From contig MQRK01235299.1 of NCBI GenBank assembly GCA_001938485.1, positions 1-64,000 of the forward strand: a stretch of 64,000 nt of DNA, in the 5' to 3' direction. Shown in pieces: positions 25,901 to 37,339 of this stretch. Each line of letters begins with the position of its first letter. Within the stretch, counting starts at the first letter, position 1. The position numbers and the translations under genes are program-made. The stretch is from Girardia tigrina. Its lineage: Eukaryota. Below the pieces are notes generated by a model. It did no database searches, was not told where the DNA came from, and worked only from the letters and a program-made list of their open reading frames with translations.

Positions 25901-28900
25901 TCATCAATACGCGATATACAACCGAAATAGTAGTGGGGTGTACAATTGAAACGTAAGTGAGACATGGCCGTATTTTCGAGTTAATTTGATGTAATATGAA
26001 AATAAAATAATTTTAACTTCGAAAAAATAAAACATTACATATATGTTTACATATATTGTAGAACACATGTTACAAACCGGTAAATATTATGAAATTAAAC
26101 AATTCAGACACCAAATTAATGAATAAATAATTTTATCAAGATACTATTGCATTTTTTAATCTCGATTTTACAACTTCGGTTTGAAAATTTCAGATTATCA
26201 AGGCTTAGATATTTTATCTGCTGGTTTGGATCGCCAAACTACTCCTAGCAGTCAGAGGATTTCATCCATCCCAAATTACAGTCCATCAACTTACTCTAAT
26301 AAACCGGATGAGAATGCTTTTTCCAACGACATTTCAACCGAATGTAATTCGCCCTATAAAGTTCTGGATTCGTTTCATTCGTCGACTGATTCCAATTTTG
26401 ACAGTCAAACAATGAAACAGATCCAAAAATCTGAAATTCTTCTATATCCAGTATAAATTTATCAGAATAATTTTTCTTAAACATTTTTTGTCATTTTTGT
26501 AGTCACATGAAGACGACCTGAGTTGTTCTATTGACTCCCATTCGGACGTAGATATCAGTAATTTGTCACTGGTTTCATTTTTGAAAAATGAATCAATTTG
26601 TCAGAAATTCATTCCTAAAAATTCAGAATTTGTAAGTTAAGTTTAATTATAAAATATTCACGTCATTATTACAAACACCTGACTCGAAAATAGAGGCTCT
26701 AATCCCGGTATTTAGAATACGTTTTCGTCATTCGTTTAGTTCAACATATTTCCAACTTTTTGAAATGGTGATAGTTTAATTACTTTAACTTTAAAATGAT
26801 GGGTTTTGTGAATTAAATCATCGCTAATCGACTTGTGCTTGAAATAATTACGTCAATTACTGCGTCGAAAAAGAACTAGTGTTTTCTGTACTTAGATCAA
26901 CCTCTTAGTATTTAGAAATTAGACAATACCACCTTCAAAACCCCCGAATCACTAAATTTTTTGAAAACTCAATATTGTATAAAGATAGATAATTTTAAAG
27001 GATATAAAATTTTATTTCTCCAATAAAAAATCGAAGTCATAAAAAGATTATAACAATAAATAACTTTTAGGAAAGATAATTGGTCAAGAGTGTTATCATT
27101 CAAATCATAGTGCATCTTATTGCATAAGCGTCCAGCGTAAGAGAAGACTCTTCCCAATTCCATAGATTTAGGAGAAATTGTCAGCAAATATTGATACACA
27201 CTCCGTAAATTTGATCCTCGTTTGCCTGACTGGATACCAATATTAAGCTGATCATTAATCAGTAGGTATTGTAATTGAATTTGAAAAGGCAGTTGCAAAA
27301 TATTCTTGTAGTCGGTGCTCCATAGTAAGATGGTTTTTCGATGGTGAGGACTCATTGTGCTTTTTTTAACTCCAAGGAACTTGAGGATTCACTTCCAGAC
27401 TGTACTTCAGCCATTTGTTCTTGCAATAGTTTAAGACGCATAAGTAGTTTATGCAAAAACCTTTCACCATCTTCGTTTTTGCTAACTGTGCTTGCGGTTT
27501 GTGCAGATATTGAAGGACAACTGATGTTTCATTGTATCGCTGTTCTAAAATTTTCTTGTGAAGAAATTCCAGAAGCTCTTTGCTAAGAAAATGAGATTCT
27601 GCTTGCAGGCTCCTCTAGAAGAAAATTTATTGTTGCATCTGCAGTCAAAAGTGTTGCTCGCAACTACAGATAACTGCCACAGTTACCTGAAATGAGTTCA
27701 GTCAGAAACGATTTCTTTCATGATTCCGAAATCTTCATCGGTCAGGCGGACGCTTGCATTAACATCTGGATGCGCACATCTTTAAATAATGTATTTATTC
27801 ACATTATAGTTCGAATAAAAAATATTTATAACTCAATATCTATAATTTTTTATTTAAACGAAATAATTTGAGTCTCGATTACACAATAGATCTCAGAGAG
27901 TACTCCGAAAAAAATGGTAACTCCAAAAACTTCAATTGATAGTAACCAAGACATGAAAAATCAGCTCGAAAAATGGAAAAAAGAGAGATTATTACGAGTA
28001 AATAAAAATCCTCCAAGTAAATTTCTCAAATTATTCTCATTTCCTTAATTTTATTTCGCGTCAAACATTTTCCAGGTGATATTAAGAAACAACATCTAAT
28101 TAAAGATGAAAATTCTCGTCTTAAAGAGGACACGGAAATTAAATCACGGACCCTCAAGTTAGCCACTGTTTTTATCAGATTTTTGATTTTTCCCTAATTG
28201 ACACGATACTCCGAAGGAATTCTTTTTTCTTAGTAATTTCGATAAAAAAATTTACTGTATAATAATTTCATATAAACTCAATTATCTGAAAATAAAGATA
28301 GCAGCGAAGGCAGTATAATTAGAAGATTTTACAGGGGATTTTAGTGTCTAATCTGTTCTTCTTTATTAAACAAATTAACGAGAAGAAATTATTCAGGCAG
28401 ACCTAGGTCACAATAGTTTCCGCGCACTTCTGATGTATCTTCTACAAACGAGCGAAACTTTAATTTATAAATTAATCAAAAAATAATCATAAAATAATTA
28501 AAAACTCATAAGTAAATTCTAAAATAATCATAAATTAATTTAATAATTATACATTTTTTAATAATTTAATCATAAATTTATTTTTAAATTATCATAAATT
28601 AATTACAAAATAATCATATCATTGCATTTTCTTTTTTCTTCTTTCAATCTGGTGGAATTAACAAAAATTATTAAGTTGTGGAATTCACTTTGAATTATTA
28701 GCGCACAAGTCAACAATTAATGCTCCACTCTACTGTCAGCAATTGGATCGTTTCGACATAGATTTGAGGAAAAAGACATACTTTAGTGAATAAAAAAGGG
28801 GTTATGTTTCATCTGGACCATGTACGACTCAACACAACAAGAAATGCAACACAAAATGGAAGAACTTGGTTGGTAGAACATTCCTCATTCACCTTATTCT

Positions 28901-31900
28901 CTCGACCTTTATCCTTCAGGCTACCATGTTTTTTTGCTTACAAAATCATTTTAAAGAAACAACTTTTGCAACAGAGAAAGAAGTTAAAAATGATTTTGTG
29001 AGTTCTTCGAATCAAAACCAAAGGTTTAGATCTGTAATTTCTTCTCCAGTCACAACTTGTTTCAAGTATCAGGCATCCTTAGGATTGACTAGAAATTTTT
29101 GATAGATGTCCAAATGACCTTAATCTTTGGTTTAGTCAATTCATGTTGAATTTTTCAATAGAGTCTTTTAAAGAGCCAAAGTTTCTGTAATAGGGGTAAT
29201 TGTGACATAATGAGAACCAAGTGTAGCTGACTGTCTGTATACTGGTAACTAGTTACTTTTTCACTGGGTGTAGCAAAAACTCATTCCCTAAAGTTGGAAG
29301 TACCGAGCAGGGTTTGTCTTCGGGGCTTGTGTCACTTTCCTTGAAGTTCTTAACTTTCATGAACTACTACATTATTTTTGGCGGCAATTTCAATTTCCGA
29401 AACAGAAATTTCTTCGGCTGCAGTGACTTATAAATTTGTCTTAAAATTTCTAGAATTAAGGACGTAATTGATTTATTAAAAGAAACATATCTCATTTTTA
29501 AAAAAAGCCATAGAATTTGTGAAATATATTTCTTTTACAAATATGTATGTTATCCATTTAAAACAAAACGAGTAATTCGGGTTCTAAGATTTATTGATTC
29601 TGTCATAATATCATCAATCTCGAGTATTTAATTGGGAAAATAGTGATGTTACAATGACTCACATTTTCAAAGCCTTGTCATTGGTAAATACTCTCAACAT
29701 ACATTCAAGATCAGATAATTAACCCAGATAATTAACTGATGTTACACAATCAATTTCATAATCAAGTACATAATAATTATTACACAACTATGCTTAATCA
29801 TTTCTATTCCCAACACACATTAATAATTACGTTATTATTCCCACTCAAAGAAAACCATAGAATTTGTGCAATATATTTCTTTAACAAAGTTGCCCAAAAA
29901 TTTTTGCCTCACAGTCATAATCAACACAATAAACGTTTAGGGCAAATAAAGAAATAGAATTCTATTGTGGATAGATAAAGCATTTTTGTGTTAGAGATAT
30001 GACGAGTCAGTTGATTTTCTTTTCGCTGACAAAATTTAATAATATAAAAATGATTAAAATATTAAAACATAAAATTTTAAAATTAAAATTTTTAAGAAAT
30101 TTTCGTCATATAATTGAAATAAATTAAATTTTAAAGTATCGTATTTTATCGAATTAGTGCACCGGTGCGTTTATTAATTATACCTGCCCACACAGAGTGC
30201 GTTTATTCGTTTCGAGTTTTAAATTTATTTTTAATCAAATTGTCGGTGAACTTTTGCTATTTGACGACAAGAGTATTTTTTATTATTCTTTTTATTATTT
30301 ATTATTTTTTATTATTTGAGATGAAAAAAAGCAGAAAAAAGATAAAAATGATTAATATATGTTAATAATGCAATATATTTCGACGGAATATCCGTCATCA
30401 TCAGGCCATTCTGATTGTAGCTGTAAAGCTTATATACAGTCGTGACCATAATTCACCGGTCACCCTTGCATTTTAAAGAAAATTAATATCTACGTGTTTG
30501 TGTGTGTGTAAGTGCATGTAAATAATGTTTTTAACCAACATCCAATAAGAATACAGCTTTAGTAATACCTAACCCACTATGCTATTATGATATATAAAAG
30601 TATTTGTGTCTATTCCGACTTGACTGGCAACCAACTTTTACCCATTCTGAGGGCACAAATCGTCGCTTGCACAAACCGTGCAATTGCCCTACGATTCATT
30701 ATTAGCGCGCTGCAGTAGCCGACACTCTTCGTCTTCATCAAGCCACCGGCGCCTTTGCCTATACGAAACACAGTGAAGGCCGCATATCACAAGCAAGGTG
30801 ACAGATCGAGCCATTTTGAGATCCTCCAAGATCAATCCATTTGCTGTTTCCCGCGCAATACAAGCTGATCTTCCAGCTAACATGGATAAATTACCTAGGG
30901 CACGAACCATTCGTCGACGTCTGGTTGAAGGAGGCTTTCGATCGTAGTAAAAAATTTCAGTATTTTTAGGGGTGGCTAGTAAATTATGGCCGATGAGTCA
31001 CTTGATTGGACATTAATTTCTGGATCAACTGCTTTAATGTCTCACACGAGACTTTTTTGATTGCGCAATCATCATTTTAATATATATATATTAATAACTT
31101 TGTTTTTTTAAATATTGTTTTAATATTTACTGCCTTCAAATAACGCAAGTTAGCCATATTGTCTTTTATCTTTCTTTTTTTGGTTTTAAGAAATATTTGT
31201 GAACCACAAGGCATATGATATAACATTTAAATTAAAAGCTATTGATCGAGCTAAAAAAAGAAGGCAACCATGTAGTTGCCATGATATTGAATATTAACCG
31301 AAAAAGCGTTATTGAGTGGCGTTTAATGATGGAAAATGATCGATTTAAATGATGGATTTTTTATTATTTATTTTTGTATTTATTATTTATTTCGTTACTT
31401 TTTATTTAAAATGATTAAAGATTGATCCCATTTAAGAATTAATAAAACTGGAACTTTAATTCTACAACTAATCAGAATTGTTAATATTTAAGAGGGTGTG
31501 TTTATTGAAACAAGGTAACAAAGTTAGTGCGCTTAATCAAAAGTGTGCGCTAATTCGATAAAATACGCTAATTATTATCTGATAATAAAAGAGATTAAAT
31601 TAAATTCGAATTAAATATTAATTAAGTTTTGAAAAATTTAATCAGAATTTGAAAATGATTATAAATATCGGCGAATCAATTATTAAAAGGAAATCGAAAA
31701 TTTGTTTGAATTTTTTGAAAATAAAATTTTTTAATTTTTTGGTAACAAAAATGAATTCTATTTCGAATATCGAAAACAATATAAGCACAATTAACTTAAT
31801 AAAACATTCTTTTCGACACTAAATGGAATCTATAGATGGGAGCGAATGACTTTGTCTTCTGAGTTAGTGCACCAGCAGTTTAATTTGTGACCTTTGATCG

Positions 31901-32369
31901 ATTTAATACATTAAAATATTTGAGAATTGTTTTCTAAAGCGATAGTTTTCGGTAATATTGGGCGGTCCATAAATGACGTCACACGATTTTAGCATATTTC
32001 CAGCCCCTCTTCCCCTTGTCACACGTCGTCACAAAATTCTGCNNNNNNNNNNNNNNNNNNNNNNNNNNNNNGTGACGTTGTTTATGGACGACCCCTATAA
32101 TGTCCGTATCTCCTTCCTGGAAGTAGTGTGTCCAGAGAGATTTAGTGATAAAAATTGAATCAAAACCCGATTAGATTGTGGAACCAGCTGGAAGAGGTTC
32201 AGAAAATGAAGCAAATCAGAGAAGCCGAGCAATTGAAAATCGACAATCAAAAGCGGAAGAAGCAGTATTCTGAGGTGATGCCATCGGTCTGTTGTAGAGG
32301 ATTTGAATGTCATTTTTGCAGAGATTGCGGCAAATGAAGGCGGAGAAGCAAAAGAAGATCGGCAAATAG
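1717..32369 (+). CDS. CEP295: Multi-exon gene (5'-partial) for an ALMS-motif centriolar protein, CEP295/Ana1-like (ALMS1 family)
   Basis: Manually assembled GT-AG, phase-consistent exons: 1717-1909, 5751-6139, 6196-6343, 7709-7891, 8116-8179, 13340-13858, 13903-14076, 17006-17931, 21386-21679, 21722-21776, 21826-21936, 26194-26450, 26503-26631, 27890-28016, 28076-28157, 32175-32274, 32322-32369(TAG). The spliced C-terminus EIKSRTLKLWNQLEEVQKMKQIREAEQLKIDNQKRKKQYSERLRQMK resembles the ALMS motif (RxxRLYNQLxEVK). The N-terminal DYQNLVSDLELISRGEMAQRQR...RERAVESAV resembles the CEP295 N-terminal helices. The gene model is better supported than the orthology. Confidence 0.7.
3083..4491. mobile_element. 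pogo/Tigger-like non-autonomous element with nested DD37E fragment
   Basis: TIRs CAGTTGTCCCCGCCTAATCCGC / GCGGATTAGGCGGGGACAATTG, TA TSD. Confidence 0.8.
3260..3998 (-). mobile_element. Tc1/mariner-superfamily DD37E (ITmD37E/TRT-like) transposase fragment
   Basis: ORF 3378..3998: IIMD(Y)E...FWPDLASAHY...NPPNVSYCRPIENFW; 37 residues between the second D and E; N-terminal half missing. Confidence 0.85.
4900..5140 (-). mobile_element. Decayed mariner N-terminal fragment
   Basis: Minus-strand translation with stops contains FKRGRTSI*ND. Confidence 0.5.
5751..6343 (+). CDS. Two exons (5751-6139, 6196-6343; 56-nt intron) of the ALMS-motif gene
   Basis: SAVMESLKDITNK...RILIE/NDILKLDERL...SSVPQ; GT..AG intron with correct phase. 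Confidence 0.8.
6533..7640 (-). mobile_element. 5'-truncated non-LTR retrotransposon (RTE-like C-terminus) with multiple C2H2 zinc fingers
   Basis: 17-bp TSD TCTTTATAATCTAATTA (6516-6532, 7641-7657); RLQAFHNTCTRTALGETKLDRIRN...KRVLNSEMVSGNRK; fingers FQCPMENCHKTY, FRCPFTHCTKRVY...IHGTRAH. Confidence 0.8.
7709..8179 (+). CDS. Two exons (7709-7891, 8116-8179) of the ALMS-motif gene
   Basis: SVLIDKSYSSGK...FSISNS|GTGAGT; tttatAG|SSLRSKSAVDSLSCSQYSHIE-G|GTAAAT. Confidence 0.7.
8284..9872 (+). mobile_element. Internally deleted hAT transposon
   Basis: TIR TAGGGAATTAAATCCCGG / CCGGGATTGAATTCCCTA, perfect 8-bp TSD AACATAAC; dimerization-domain remnant (DTERAFSANGLFMTKL) near 9570-9700. Confidence 0.9.
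10143..10480 (-). mobile_element. Tc1 (DD34E) transposase C-terminal remnant
   Basis: IEWPPNSCDINPIENFW motif; frameshifted FQQDN upstream. Confidence 0.8.
11630..12420 (-). mobile_element. Decayed mariner element
   Basis: Frameshifted PHLPYSSDL..PGDFYL motif near 11900-11945; TA-CGTGGTGCGCCCATTAAATA terminus. Confidence 0.65.
12569..12816 (+). mobile_element. mariner-derived MITE
   Basis: About 30-bp near-perfect TIRs (TTAGGTTGAGGAATAAGTTCCCGCCGTTTTTT), TA TSD; retains C-terminus IEKLVERWEEVVNNGGDYI. Confidence 0.9.
13340..14076 (+). CDS. Two Ser-rich exons (13340-13858, 13903-14076; 44-nt intron)
   Basis: Open Ser/Asn-rich frames with phase-1 GT-AG junctions. Confidence 0.8.
14587..15670 (-). 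mobile_element. Tigger/pogo (DDE_1) transposase remnant
   Basis: ORF 14951..15640 NMDETxLFWKKMPSRTFI...LLLMDNA...FLPSNTTSLIQPMDQ; Tigger-type end CAGTAATCCTTCACTTATCGC. Confidence 0.9.
14669..14758. repeat. 18-bp tandem repeat x5 (TTATTTTAATCATATATG) inside the Tigger end
   Basis: Directly visible: three perfect and two degenerate copies. Confidence 0.85.
17006..17931 (+). CDS. Largest exon (926 nt) of the ALMS-motif gene, Ser/Glu/Asn-rich
   Basis: ttttAG acceptor, long open frame (ORF 16963..17940), GAG|GTAAGT donor. Confidence 0.85.
18121..18480 (+). mobile_element. Penelope-like element terminus (pLTR) with inverted 5' duplication and degenerate hammerhead core
   Basis: GIY-YIG C-terminal remnant IVTREALYI...TLNSQ (about 18230-18300); 18121-18200 is an imperfect inverted copy of 18396-18475; CTGATGA-T-GACG...CGTC-AAAC at 18398-18424. 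Confidence 0.65.
18695..21300 (+). pseudogene. Decayed long TE-like ORF containing a Ulp1/SENP (peptidase C48) domain at about 20340-20800
   Basis: Single frame 20312-20977 with one stop: WFDNDDINSFL...VVPINHNNTHWLAL...YIYNLL...EQQTHNNDCSFFVCGF (His, Asp->Asn, Gln, Cys); upstream frame fragments with stops and frameshifts. Confidence 0.8.
21386..21936 (+). CDS. Three exons (21386-21679, 21722-21776, 21826-21936; 42- and 49-nt introns)
   Basis: Phase-consistent GT-AG junctions; KNKEYLVSALSDK...DFGSGKT. Confidence 0.8.
22040..23112 (-). mobile_element. Mutator-like non-autonomous element carrying GC-rich unidentified coding cargo (copy 1)
   Basis: Ends GGTGATCTGACAAAGTAGCG / CGCTATTTTGTCGGGGAACC; imperfect 9-bp TSD ACAATAGAG/ATACTAGAG; homologous to 61394-62300. 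Confidence 0.65.
26194..26631 (+). CDS. Two exons (26194-26450, 26503-26631; 52-nt intron)
   Basis: DYQGLDILSAG...ILLYP / SHEDDLSCS...FIPKNSEF|GTAAGT. Confidence 0.8.
26692..27790 (-). mobile_element. Decayed hAT transposase remnant
   Basis: RVFSYAGRLCNK...LNDNTLDQLSFLK dimerization motif; ATLLTADATINFLLEE; terminus TAGAGGCTCTAATCCCGGTATT. Confidence 0.75.
27890..28157 (+). CDS. Two exons (27890-28016, 28076-28157; 59-nt intron), start of ALMS motif region
   Basis: ISESTPKK...LEKWKKERLLRVNKNPP / SDIKKQHLIKDENSRLKEDTEIKSRTL. Confidence 0.75.
28680..29020 (+). mobile_element. Decayed mariner catalytic-domain fragment
   Basis: NKKGVMFHLDHVR...HSPYSLDLYPSGYHVF (frameshifted HPPYSPDL motif). 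Confidence 0.7.
30139..31568. mobile_element. pogo-like non-autonomous element with nested Tc1
   Basis: TIRs CGTATTTTATCGAATTAGTGCAC / GTGCGCTAATTCGATAAAATACG with TA flanks; HTH fragment KAYDITFKLKAIDRAKK near 31205-31320. Confidence 0.75.
30437..30993 (+). mobile_element. Internally deleted Tc1 element
   Basis: TA-CAGTCGTGACCATAATT left end, partial inverted right end; RPHITSKVTDRAILRSSKINPF...RTIRRRLVEGG (Tc1 HTH region). Confidence 0.75.
31960..32095. mobile_element. PIF/Harbinger-like MITE (contains assembly gap)
   Basis: GGGCGGTCCATAAATGACGTCAC ... GTGACGTTGTTTATGGACGACCCC. Confidence 0.7.
32175..32369 (+). CDS. Terminal exons (32175-32274, 32322-32369; 47-nt intron) encoding the ALMS motif end
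   Basis: LWNQLEEVQKMKQIREAEQLKIDNQKRKKQYSE/RLRQMKAEKQKKIGK*. Confidence 0.8.
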
Positions 32370-32900
32370 CATCGCGAGGAAGCTGAAATAATGGACGATT
32401 TTTGTAAATTTTTATCGAGAAAATATTTCTTTTCAGTATTTTATATCAATAAATTATCGATTTGTTATGATTATGGCACCCGGCTAGTGACTTTCTATTG
32501 TCCTTTGATGGTTTTTGGATTGAAGAATCGATGAGATTAGATTTGTTCTGTTGTAATTATCGGTGTGACGCTGATCGATCAATTATAGCGCTTTTGTCGA
32601 TCGTTTCTCTTAGAAATCGATATTTGTTTTCTATAATAAATTATGCTGACATAATTTTATTGTACCGTGTTCGATATTTATTGATTGAGTTGCGAATTGA
32701 GAGTTTGGCCGTGCTGGGATCAATGCGCTTGACTGACAGTGTCGACACGATTCTCTAGTCTCAATAACGTGTCATCCAATTACTCTGTGTGTACAAAAAC
32801 GTTTGGTATTAAACAAATAGTTTAAATGTTCAACAAAAGTGTGTTCAATTGGATCAGTGGTTCTCAATATGGGCGATATTAACCCAGGGTGAGTTTTCTG

Positions 32901-33200
32901 AGGATCCGGTCAAATGACCGAAATTATTACAAAATTATTTTCATAAATCAAATTATGTTTTTTTCATATAAAATTGAGAATGTTTCATTTTTTTATTTGT
33001 ATAATTTTAAGACTGAAAATCTAAATTTTAATTGAAAAAACTCATTTTCAAATAAGAAAATCTCAATTTAAAATACAGCGACGTACACAACATTTAAAAT
33101 ATCCCTCATAACAACTTTTTTTAAATTTATTGTATTTTAGAATAATAAGTTGTAATAATTAATTTCCGTTTTGTGGGAATCGGTCATTTGACACAAACCT
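32901..33200. mobile_element. Mutator-like MITE
   Basis: AGGATCCGGTCAAATGACCGA / TCGGTCATTTGACACAAACCT; 9-bp TSD AGTTTTCTG/AGTTTTTTG. Confidence 0.65.
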
Positions 33201-34269
33201 AGTTTTTTGATTTTTAGGGGCGTCGTGAATCAGACAGCTATGGGATTTGAAGTTTGATTTTTTTTGACCAATGATTTATTTCCTGTCATACAACTTTAAA
33301 ATGTTGGGTATTCAAAGTATTCAAATTTTATTATCAATCTTTTAATCACAACTTTATATCTAACTCCATTAATTCAGTAGGCTCTTCCAACACAAATATA
33401 TGAACAAATAAACACAATTTCTTTATTAAAACTTTATTTTCAAATAACAAAAATTAACACATAGAATAATAATAATTCAATTCTTTGATGACAGCACACA
33501 AATAAATATTTCGTGCTAATTAACAGATTTCAGTAAAACCTGTGAATCTCCAAAACGAACGATTAGATTTATTATTGAAAACCTTTTTCTCCAATGCGGG
33601 ATACTCAGGGCTTTTTCAAAAATATAAAATACAAAAATGGTAATAACTTTACTTTTATAAATTTTATCTTTTTAACCTGTGTAAATGGAAATTTTTTGGT
33701 GAAAATTTTAGGCATATTTTCGGGCAAACTAAAACTGAATTCGCTGCTGTTTATAAAATAGTTTTTGTCAACCTTGAAAATTGATCAAATAAAACAAACA
33801 TTAAAATATTTATAATTTTTAATTCCAAATTTTGTTAAACTAAATATTATTTTGTCTATAATTAAAAATTTTACTTAAAGAATTATTTTATATTTTTTCT
33901 ACATAAAAGTTTTATTAAAAATGTTCTTTTGTATTTTTTGAAACCCTAACAAAAATATAATCTTGGAATGGTAGCATCTCATGTTGTTAAGCCTTTCTTC
34001 CAATAGTGGCGCAGCAACACACCAATTTCAAGCTTTGTAATCTCGTAGTCTATATAATGCAATAAATAAATCGATATATATATATATCAATATCAAATAA
34101 ATAATCCCAAAAATAAATTTGAAAAAATTGTTTTTTCATTTATTAAGAACATTTAAACAAGTTTCAATTGAATTTTTATTGCAATTACATTTAGAGTCAT
34201 TACAACTCTCAGAAAGTCTTTCTTCGTTTGCCATTGTTCTAATTTGTTTTCTTGTTTCTGTTTTTAATC

Positions 34270-34610
34270 ATGATTTTTTAACAATTTTTCTAAGTTATTT
34301 TTTAAAACATTTAACCTCTCAAAAATATTAATTAAAAAATAATAATTTTTACCATTTCTCAATAAATCCAAAAATAATAAAAAATGACATCAAATTATTA
34401 AAAATGCATTTAATTTAAATTTTACTAAAAATTATTAAAACTAATTTTAATTGTCAAATTAAAAATATGAACTTATCAAATTTTTATTTCAATTATGTTC
34501 GAATAGTCAATCCTTTAAATTTAATAAAAAAATACCAATTACCACCTGGGTGGGAGAATCTCCATTCTAAATTCAACATACTTAAATCAACATACATCCG
34601 TAATAACATA
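34270..34610 (+). repeat. Dispersed AT-rich repeat; inverted copy at about 48550-48960, diverged copy at about 8560-8850
   Basis: Shared CCA(T/C)CTGG(G)TGGGAGAATC(A/T)CCATTCTAAATTCAACATA core and several hundred bp of alignable flank. Confidence 0.75.
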
Positions 34611-35249
34611 CATCAGTAATAATGTGACTTCTGATAAAAGTGGTTAATCCAGGACCGCAAATATTGACATTCGGCCGATTATTCCACCGATAATTTATGA
34701 GTCTAATGGCTCTTTTTTTAAAAAATGAATTTTAATAAAAATAATTAATAAGTTTATTTCTATTTATATATCATATACTTAAATTTAATAATAAAAAAAT
34801 AAGATTTGTTTTGGGTATAAATACCAATCTAAATTTATTAAACTTTGAGTTTTTAAAAAGATTTTTTAAAAAAAAATATTTATATTATTAGAAAGGAATA
34901 TATATATATATATATATATAAAACGAATATCGAATATTTAGAAAATCCTGTCAATTGTAAAAGAATTAAATTGTACCATTTTGTAGTATCCATAAATATA
35001 AATAAAAACCAGAACCTTCAGTTGTTGATATTCAATTGATTCAAAAAAACTTATTAAGATCACTACTTAACAAGATAATTGATTTGCTGTTAATTCAATC
35101 AGATTTTGGACAATTGTTGGAAGAACCTTCTGATTTATTTAGAGTCAGAGAATCAGTTATTTCAAATTCTGTATTTGAAAATTAAAGAAAAAATAATATC
35201 CAACACAATTATTGCATTTATGCAACTTTTCATGAAGCATATAGACGAA

Positions 35250-36000
35250 TTGCATTTAGGCAATAAATACTGTAAAGATTTGCCTATATGCAAGATTTTT
35301 TCGTGCACCAAGCAACTTGCATAGATATAATATCTACTGTATATATATATATTAGTGACTTTAGGTCATTACATTGAATGTCTTTTTAGATAATTCGTGA
35401 ATTAAGGGTATTGTTGGTAAAAGATTTTCCGCATAAATCATGTGATTCTTCCCCACTGGAAGTGTTTTTCAAAGCTCTAAAAGGGTGTCACCAATTGAAT
35501 CAAAGTGAGTTTCATGTTTTTCTGAATAACGTTTGTAAACGATAAAATCATGTAGAATGCCAAACTGAGTACATGTTGCAAACAATTTGAACTCCCATTT
35601 TGTAGGTTTATTGGGTAAATGTTGCCTTATTGGTGCTGTCATATTGCCTTGAATGCTATCATCATTTCATCGATGCTGTGTTTCTCGCAATTAGGAATTG
35701 CATTGCACTTTGACCTCATCTCATCGAGATTTGCTTTTAATTTCCACAATTTGTTCTTCTTTACTTGATCGGAATCTTGATTGTTGTCTACGAAGTGCAA
35801 ACATCGTGCAAACAAGCAATTGATTTCGATCAAACACCGATTCTGCTGTGGTATAGTAGTCTCTCTTGCGAAATGGTTCCAAATGAAACTCATTTTCACT
35901 TTGCCGCAAAAAATCAGCACTATTGGTTTCCTCTTCATTACTTTCATTTTCTTTGCTTTCCATTAAATCATTTACGATATTTATTTTAGTCTTATCTGCA
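35250..36000 (-). mobile_element. Decayed piggyBac transposase
   Basis: RCLHFVDN...KLWKLK...HSIDEMMIAFK...PNKPTKWEFKLF...GILHDF. Confidence 0.85.
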
Positions 36001-37339
36001 TTATTTACATCTTCCTGACTACTGTCATTTTGATTGATAAGACATTAGATGTTAATAATACGCGTTTTTGCTCTTATAGAAGGCTTATGCATCTGAAATC
36101 AGAACAAGAAATACATTAACAGGAGAGTAAATATATTAAAATATAATGGTTGTGGCCACTATAATACTTGATCATAATACGAAAGCCTTACATGTACAAT
36201 TCTAAACGCTCTTTTAGTTTTTATATTTTTACCAACATAACTAATTGTGTCACCATTGAGACAACTGAAATAATCACTAGATATTTGTCTAGTCTTAGTA
36301 CTTAAGCATTATTTCTCTGAAAAATATTTAAGTTAAATATTTAGGACATAAAATATGTAAGTGTGTGAATATTTATTAACTTAAAATAACAAAAAATTCA
36401 ACTTACCTGATTGACAGTTTATAAACCACGATACTCAAAATTACGTGAACTCAAATAAACGCCACTCGTTTTAACAATTATGCTATTATGTAAAAGTACT
36501 ATAAAATCATACAATTATCTTTAATTTGGGTTTGGGTCAAAATTCAGAATGACACCATCCAGAAGCCGAAATCCCGAAAGGACAAAATCCTGAAAATCAA
36601 AATTGTTAAATTTAAATAAGAATTATGACCCAAATCAGAGTTTGAGAGAATGTCATAATTCCTCAGCCATCATAACTTGAGTCAAAATTTAAAATCAAAA
36701 ATGATTAAAAATAAAAGATAAATCCGATTTTTAATTGAAATCTTCAAACATTTTTCTCAAAAATTACAATCACAAACGATAAAATTGTTGAAAATTGAAT
36801 ACTTAAATGAAAGAAATTATCTTAAGGTGACGAACAACTTGTTTCAAATTAATTAGAATTTTATATAAAGGGCATGAATTCATTGACGTGTCGTATATTT
36901 TCTTTGAAAAGTAATATAAAGCTTGATTAAATAAGATTTCAAAAAGTTACATTAAAATTTAAATTAGAATAAAATTTATGGGGCGAAATGAAAATTTTAA
37001 TTAACGACAAATGGTTTGAAAATCTCTAGTTGTGATATTAATAAAAATTTTGTGTTGAACTTTGAACTTCGAATCTATTTATAATGAAAGTTACATAAAC
37101 GCTACTTACAGTTTAAAGCTGATGTTTTGATCTAGAAGAGTAGCAAGTTTCATTTTTTGCGTATTTTTCAATTAACATTACAATATATATTAAGATAATT
37201 ATTATGGATCCCCCTGAGAAATTGGCGTCCGGGGAAACTGATTGTAATAGAACCAATTCTCATATACTCCAAGAACTTTACTAAAATTCAAACAAATATT
37301 CTTTGATAAAAAATATTTCAATACATTTCCAAATTTACT

